The notes beneath the pieces are model-generated. The model was not told the DNA's origin and made no database searches. It worked only from the letters and a program-made list of their open reading frames with translations. From an uncultured Chloroflexia bacterium (GTDB lineage Bacteria; Chloroflexota; Anaerolineae; CG2-30-64-16), in assembly GCA_963810095.1 (NCBI GenBank), contig CAWEMM010000010.1, positions 192,001-256,000 of the forward strand: a stretch of 64,000 nucleotides of DNA. The letters are read 5' to 3'. The position numbers were made by a program, and so were the translations under genes. Of this stretch, positions 60,757 through 64,000 are shown piece by piece. The stretch's first letter is position 1. Every line of letters starts with the position of its first letter.

Positions 60757-62443
60757 TTACACTGTTCGGATCGTCTGCCCCTCCATGACCCACACCCGGG
60801 TCGCCAGGCGTTCGATGAAGTAGCGGTCGTGAACCACCGCCAGGACGGTCCCCTCAAACCGGGCGATGCGCCTGCTCAAAACGCTCGCGGGAGGGGATAT
60901 CGAGGTGGTTGATCGGCTCGTCAAGCAGCAGGAAGTTGCACCCTTGCACGGCCAGCAGGGCCAGGCCCAACCGGCTGCGTTCCCCGAAGCTCAACCGGCC
61001 GACCGGCGTGAATACCTCGTCGCCGCCGAACAGGAAGTAGTGCAGGAAGGAGCGGGCGTCCGTCTCGTCCAGCGGCGCGGCATTTCGAATGAGGCTCAGC
61101 GGCGTGGCCTTCGGGTCCATGTTTTCCTGCTCCTGGGCCATATAGCCAACCCTGACGCCGCGGCCGAGGCGGATTTCGCCGCTCCACGGCCCAAGCTGGC
61201 CGAGGATCAGCTTAAGCAGCGTGGTCTTGCCCGTGCCGTTGGGGCCGATCAGCATCGCCCGCTCGCCGTAGCCAAGGTGCAGGTTCACTTCGTCGAGCAA
61301 GGCCGCGTCGCGCGATGGCGCGCCGTACCCGAACCGGAGGTCGTGGACCTGCAGCACATCCTGGCCGCTGCGCGGTGTGTCCGCGAACTCGAGCTTCATC
61401 TTCCAGGTTTGTGCGGGCTTGTCCAGCGCATCCTCGCTGTCCATCATGCGTTCGAGCCGTTCCTTCTGCACGACGGCACGCCGGGCCAGGTCCTTGGCGA
61501 TGCGCCGCCAGTAGAAGTGAATGGTCTCGCCTTCGATGTTCTTGGCCTGGCTGCTCAGCCGCCGGATCGAGCTTTCCAGCTTGCGAAAGCGCTCCTGCTG
61601 CTCCCGGTAGGCCGCCCATTGCTTGTCCAGTTCGCGGTCGATCGTGAACGCATAGTCGCTGTAACCACCCGCATACTCCTTGAGCGTGCGCGTGATGTCG
61701 TCGAGCGCCAGGACGCGCGTGACCGTCCGGTCGAGAAACGCGCGGTCGTGCGAGACGATCAGCACCGCGCCGGGGTAGCCGGCCAGGTACTGCTCCAGCC
61801 ATTCCAGCGCGACGATGTCCAGGTGATTGGTCGGTTCGTCGAGCAGCAGCAGGTCCGGCTCGGAGAGCAAGAGCCGCGCAAGCCCGAGCCGGGTCTTCTG
61901 CCCGCCCGACAGGCTGCTGACCAGGCGCGCCGGCCCGACGTCGGCCATGCCCAGGCCGGCCAGCACCGCCGCTGCGTCCGCGTACCGCTTCGAGCCGCCG
62001 AGCGCCTGGAATTCCGTCAGCGCGGTGTCGTACGCCGCCATCGCGGCTTCAAGTTGGCCGTTCGTCGCCGCCGCCACCGCTTCGGCCAGCCGGGCCAGCC
62101 GCGTCTCGGCTGCCTCTCGGCCGGGCAGGCCCGCCTCATCTGCCTCGCCCCCGGCGCATTCCGGCGCGGCACACTCCGCCGCGGCCAGCACGTCGCCCAC
62201 GACTGCGTCGGGCGCAAACTCGAGCGCCTGGGCCAGGTAGCCGGTCCGGACCGACTTCGGCGATAGCAGGACGTGTCCCCGGTCGGGCGCGAGCTGCCCG
62301 GTCACGATCCGGAGCAGCGTGGTTTTTCCCGATCCGTTCGGCCCGATCAGGCCTGCCCGCTCGCCGCGATTCAATGTGAAGTTGACTCGGTCCAGCACCT
62401 TGACGTCGCCGAACCACTTGGTAATATCTCGGACTGTAAGCAT
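60757..62443 (-). CDS. ABC-F ribosome-associated ATPase (candidate antibiotic ribosome protection; frameshift ~60865)
   Basis: Two NBDs (GPNGSGKT/LSGGQ/DEPTNHLD; GPNGTGKT/LSFGE/DEPINHLD), no TM, extended inter-ABC linker. Confidence 0.9.
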
Positions 62444-62497
62444 ACGCAACCCTCATGCACGAAAGGGGCGCGCCTGTTGCTGCGCAGGTCGGGCTTT

Positions 62498-62531
62498 AAA
62501 GCAAAACGCCACAAGCGTACTGCCTGTGGCG
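62498..62531 (-). terminator. Attenuator terminator in the ABC-F leader
   Basis: cgccacaggc-agtac-gcttgtggcg-ttttgcttt. Confidence 0.75.
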
Positions 62532-62661
62532 CTGAATAGCCCTTTGAAGATTGGCATGTTCGATCACAGCAGGCGCGCCCCGCCACGTTCCCCAGCGCCG
62601 CAAACGCGCGCCGGGTGGTCTCCGCAAGGTGGTTTTCCACCCGGAAGCGGGGTGAGACTCT

Positions 62662-62685
62662 TTAGGCTGTGATCCTGTCTGTCAT
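62662..62685 (-). CDS. Putative uORF MTDRITA in the ABC-F leader
   Basis: GGAGG RBS at 62694-62698, just downstream of promoter TTGCCA-17-CATACT (62712-62740). Confidence 0.6.
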   Translation of the reverse strand: MTDRITA

Positions 62686-62768
62686 CTGTGCAACCTCCAC
62701 TGGATAGTGGTAGTATGCCATGAAGTGACCAGCCTGGCAAATTGCCTTCTTGACACTCAAGAAAGGAC

Positions 62769-63248
62769 ATGAAGATGGAACCTCGGATCGTGACGAAAGA
62801 AGCGTTCGCCGTCGTCGGCATCCCGTTCAAGGGCCAAATCAGCAGCGGTCCGTACGAGGACGGCGAGAACAACAACGAGATCGGTAAGGCTTGGGACGCG
62901 TTTAACGCCCGGGCCGGCGAGATTACGGGCTGGAGTTCACCTGCCATTGGGCTGTGCTTCGGCATGCCAAACGACGATGAGCCGTGGTACATTGCGGGCG
63001 CCGAAGTGGCCCACGCCGGCGCTGTGCCCGAGGGCATGGTGGCGCGCGACGTGCCTGCGCAAAAGTACGCCGTCTTCGAGTGCACCCTGCCCACCCTCGG
63101 CGAGACCTACAAGTACATCATGGAAGAGTGGCAGCCTGCTTCGGGCTACGAACGCGCCGATGCGCCCGATTTCGAGGTATATGACGATAACTGGGCGATG
63201 AACGACCCCGCCGGCTCGCCCATGTACGTGTATTGGCCCATCCGGTAG
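62769..63248 (+). CDS. GyrI-like small-molecule-binding protein
   Basis: EIGKAW, VPEGM, VPAQKYAVF, EWQPASGYE, DFEVY. Confidence 0.88.
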   Translation: MKMEPRIVTKEAFAVVGIPFKGQISSGPYEDGENNNEIGKAWDAFNARAGEITGWSSPAIGLCFGMPNDDEPWYIAGAEVAHAGAVPEGMVARDVPAQKYAVFECTLPTLGETYKYIMEEWQPASGYERADAPDFEVYDDNWAMNDPAGSPMYVYWPIR

Positions 63249-63515
63249 CCCGCTAAATCGAGCGCCAGCCGATATTGCTCTGGCCGGTCTGCTACGCCAG
63301 CCTGGCTGGCGCCCGAGCCAGGGGGGCACGGTCAGAGACCCGCCCCAGCGGACATTTTCACGCTGCGACTCGTTAGTCCCCCCGGTCGAGGCTCGGCCCG
63401 CTCAAACCGCCCGAGCCTCGACGCCAGTTTTTCTTGATCCCCTTGGCTTGTCGTTTGACAGCCGCTTGGGTGTATAATCGGTTCACCGTTGCCCTTATAC
63501 CGCGGAGCCACCCAC

Positions 63516-64000
63516 ATGATCTCGCATCGCACCGTACTCGCGCGGACATCTGGTCCCGGCGTATGCCCCTTTGTTTCTCCTCGCTTTGGTGCTCGTCTTC
63601 GCCCTCGCCCAGCCGGCCAGCGCCGGCCGCGCGGCTGGCGCGTACCCCCTGCCACCCGCTCAGCCGACACCCCGGCCCGTCCGGAGCTTCCGCCTACGAG
63701 CCGGGAGACCTGCCGCGCCTGCCCGCACTCTTCCCGGCCCGGCAGGCAGCTCCCGTGCGGGAAATGGCACCGCCTTCCATCCACACAACCGAGAACATCC
63801 TGGTCCTCGGCATGGATGCGCGTCCGGGCGGGAAGATGTGGCGCACGGACACGGTCATGATTGCTGCTATCGACGCGCCCAACCGGCAGGTCGGCATCCT
63901 CTCCATTCCGCGTGATCTTTGGGTCGACATTCCAGGCTACGGCGCAGGGCGGATCAATATCGTCGACTTTGTCGGCGAGAGGCGCAGCGGCCCTGGCGGC
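63516..64000 (+). CDS. LCP (LytR-CpsA-Psr) family protein, 5' part (frameshifted; runs off right edge)
   Basis: NILVLGMD, RTDTVMI, LSIPRDLWVDIPGYG..RIN; start uncertain. Confidence 0.85.

Noticed and set aside
63455-63478. Perfect TTGACA/TATAAT promoter before the LCP gene
   Set aside because: Spacer is only 12 nt, so the two boxes cannot act as a canonical pair

Overview
High-GC bacterial chromosomal segment, probably Chloroflexota (Anaerolineae-like). That placement is inferred from gene content, the T-box variant and the repeat families. It is mostly housekeeping and anaerobic-physiology DNA: argC-argB-argD-argA-hom-argG; a T-box-controlled lysC-hom-asd operon; acs; a BrnTA toxin-antitoxin pair; rex with a sensory [FeFe]-hydrogenase (hfsABC-like) cluster; ADP-forming acetate-CoA ligase; Crp/Fnr with Fe-S genes and nrfHA; malQ; tupA; perR with a P1B-4 ATPase; mreB; the full atp operon; a NusG paralog; an ABC-F; and an LCP gene. 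The most notable unannotated signals are: (1) an Arg-codon-rich 17-aa leader peptide with terminator/antiterminator ahead of the arg operon, i.e. an apparent ribosome-mediated arginine attenuator; (2) a circularly permuted HAD-like protein behind asd, a candidate replacement for homoserine kinase ThrB; (3) a ~640-bp segment bounded by 49-bp inverted repeats that carries one orphan gene; (4) a uORF/terminator attenuator in front of an ABC-F; (5) two identically positioned Crp/Fnr-type sites defining a small regulon. At least five families of REP-like palindromes fill the intergenic gaps. About a dozen single-base frameshifts, including in atpA and atpH, suggest uncorrected sequencing errors. 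No rRNA, tRNA, CRISPR array or transposase was recognised.
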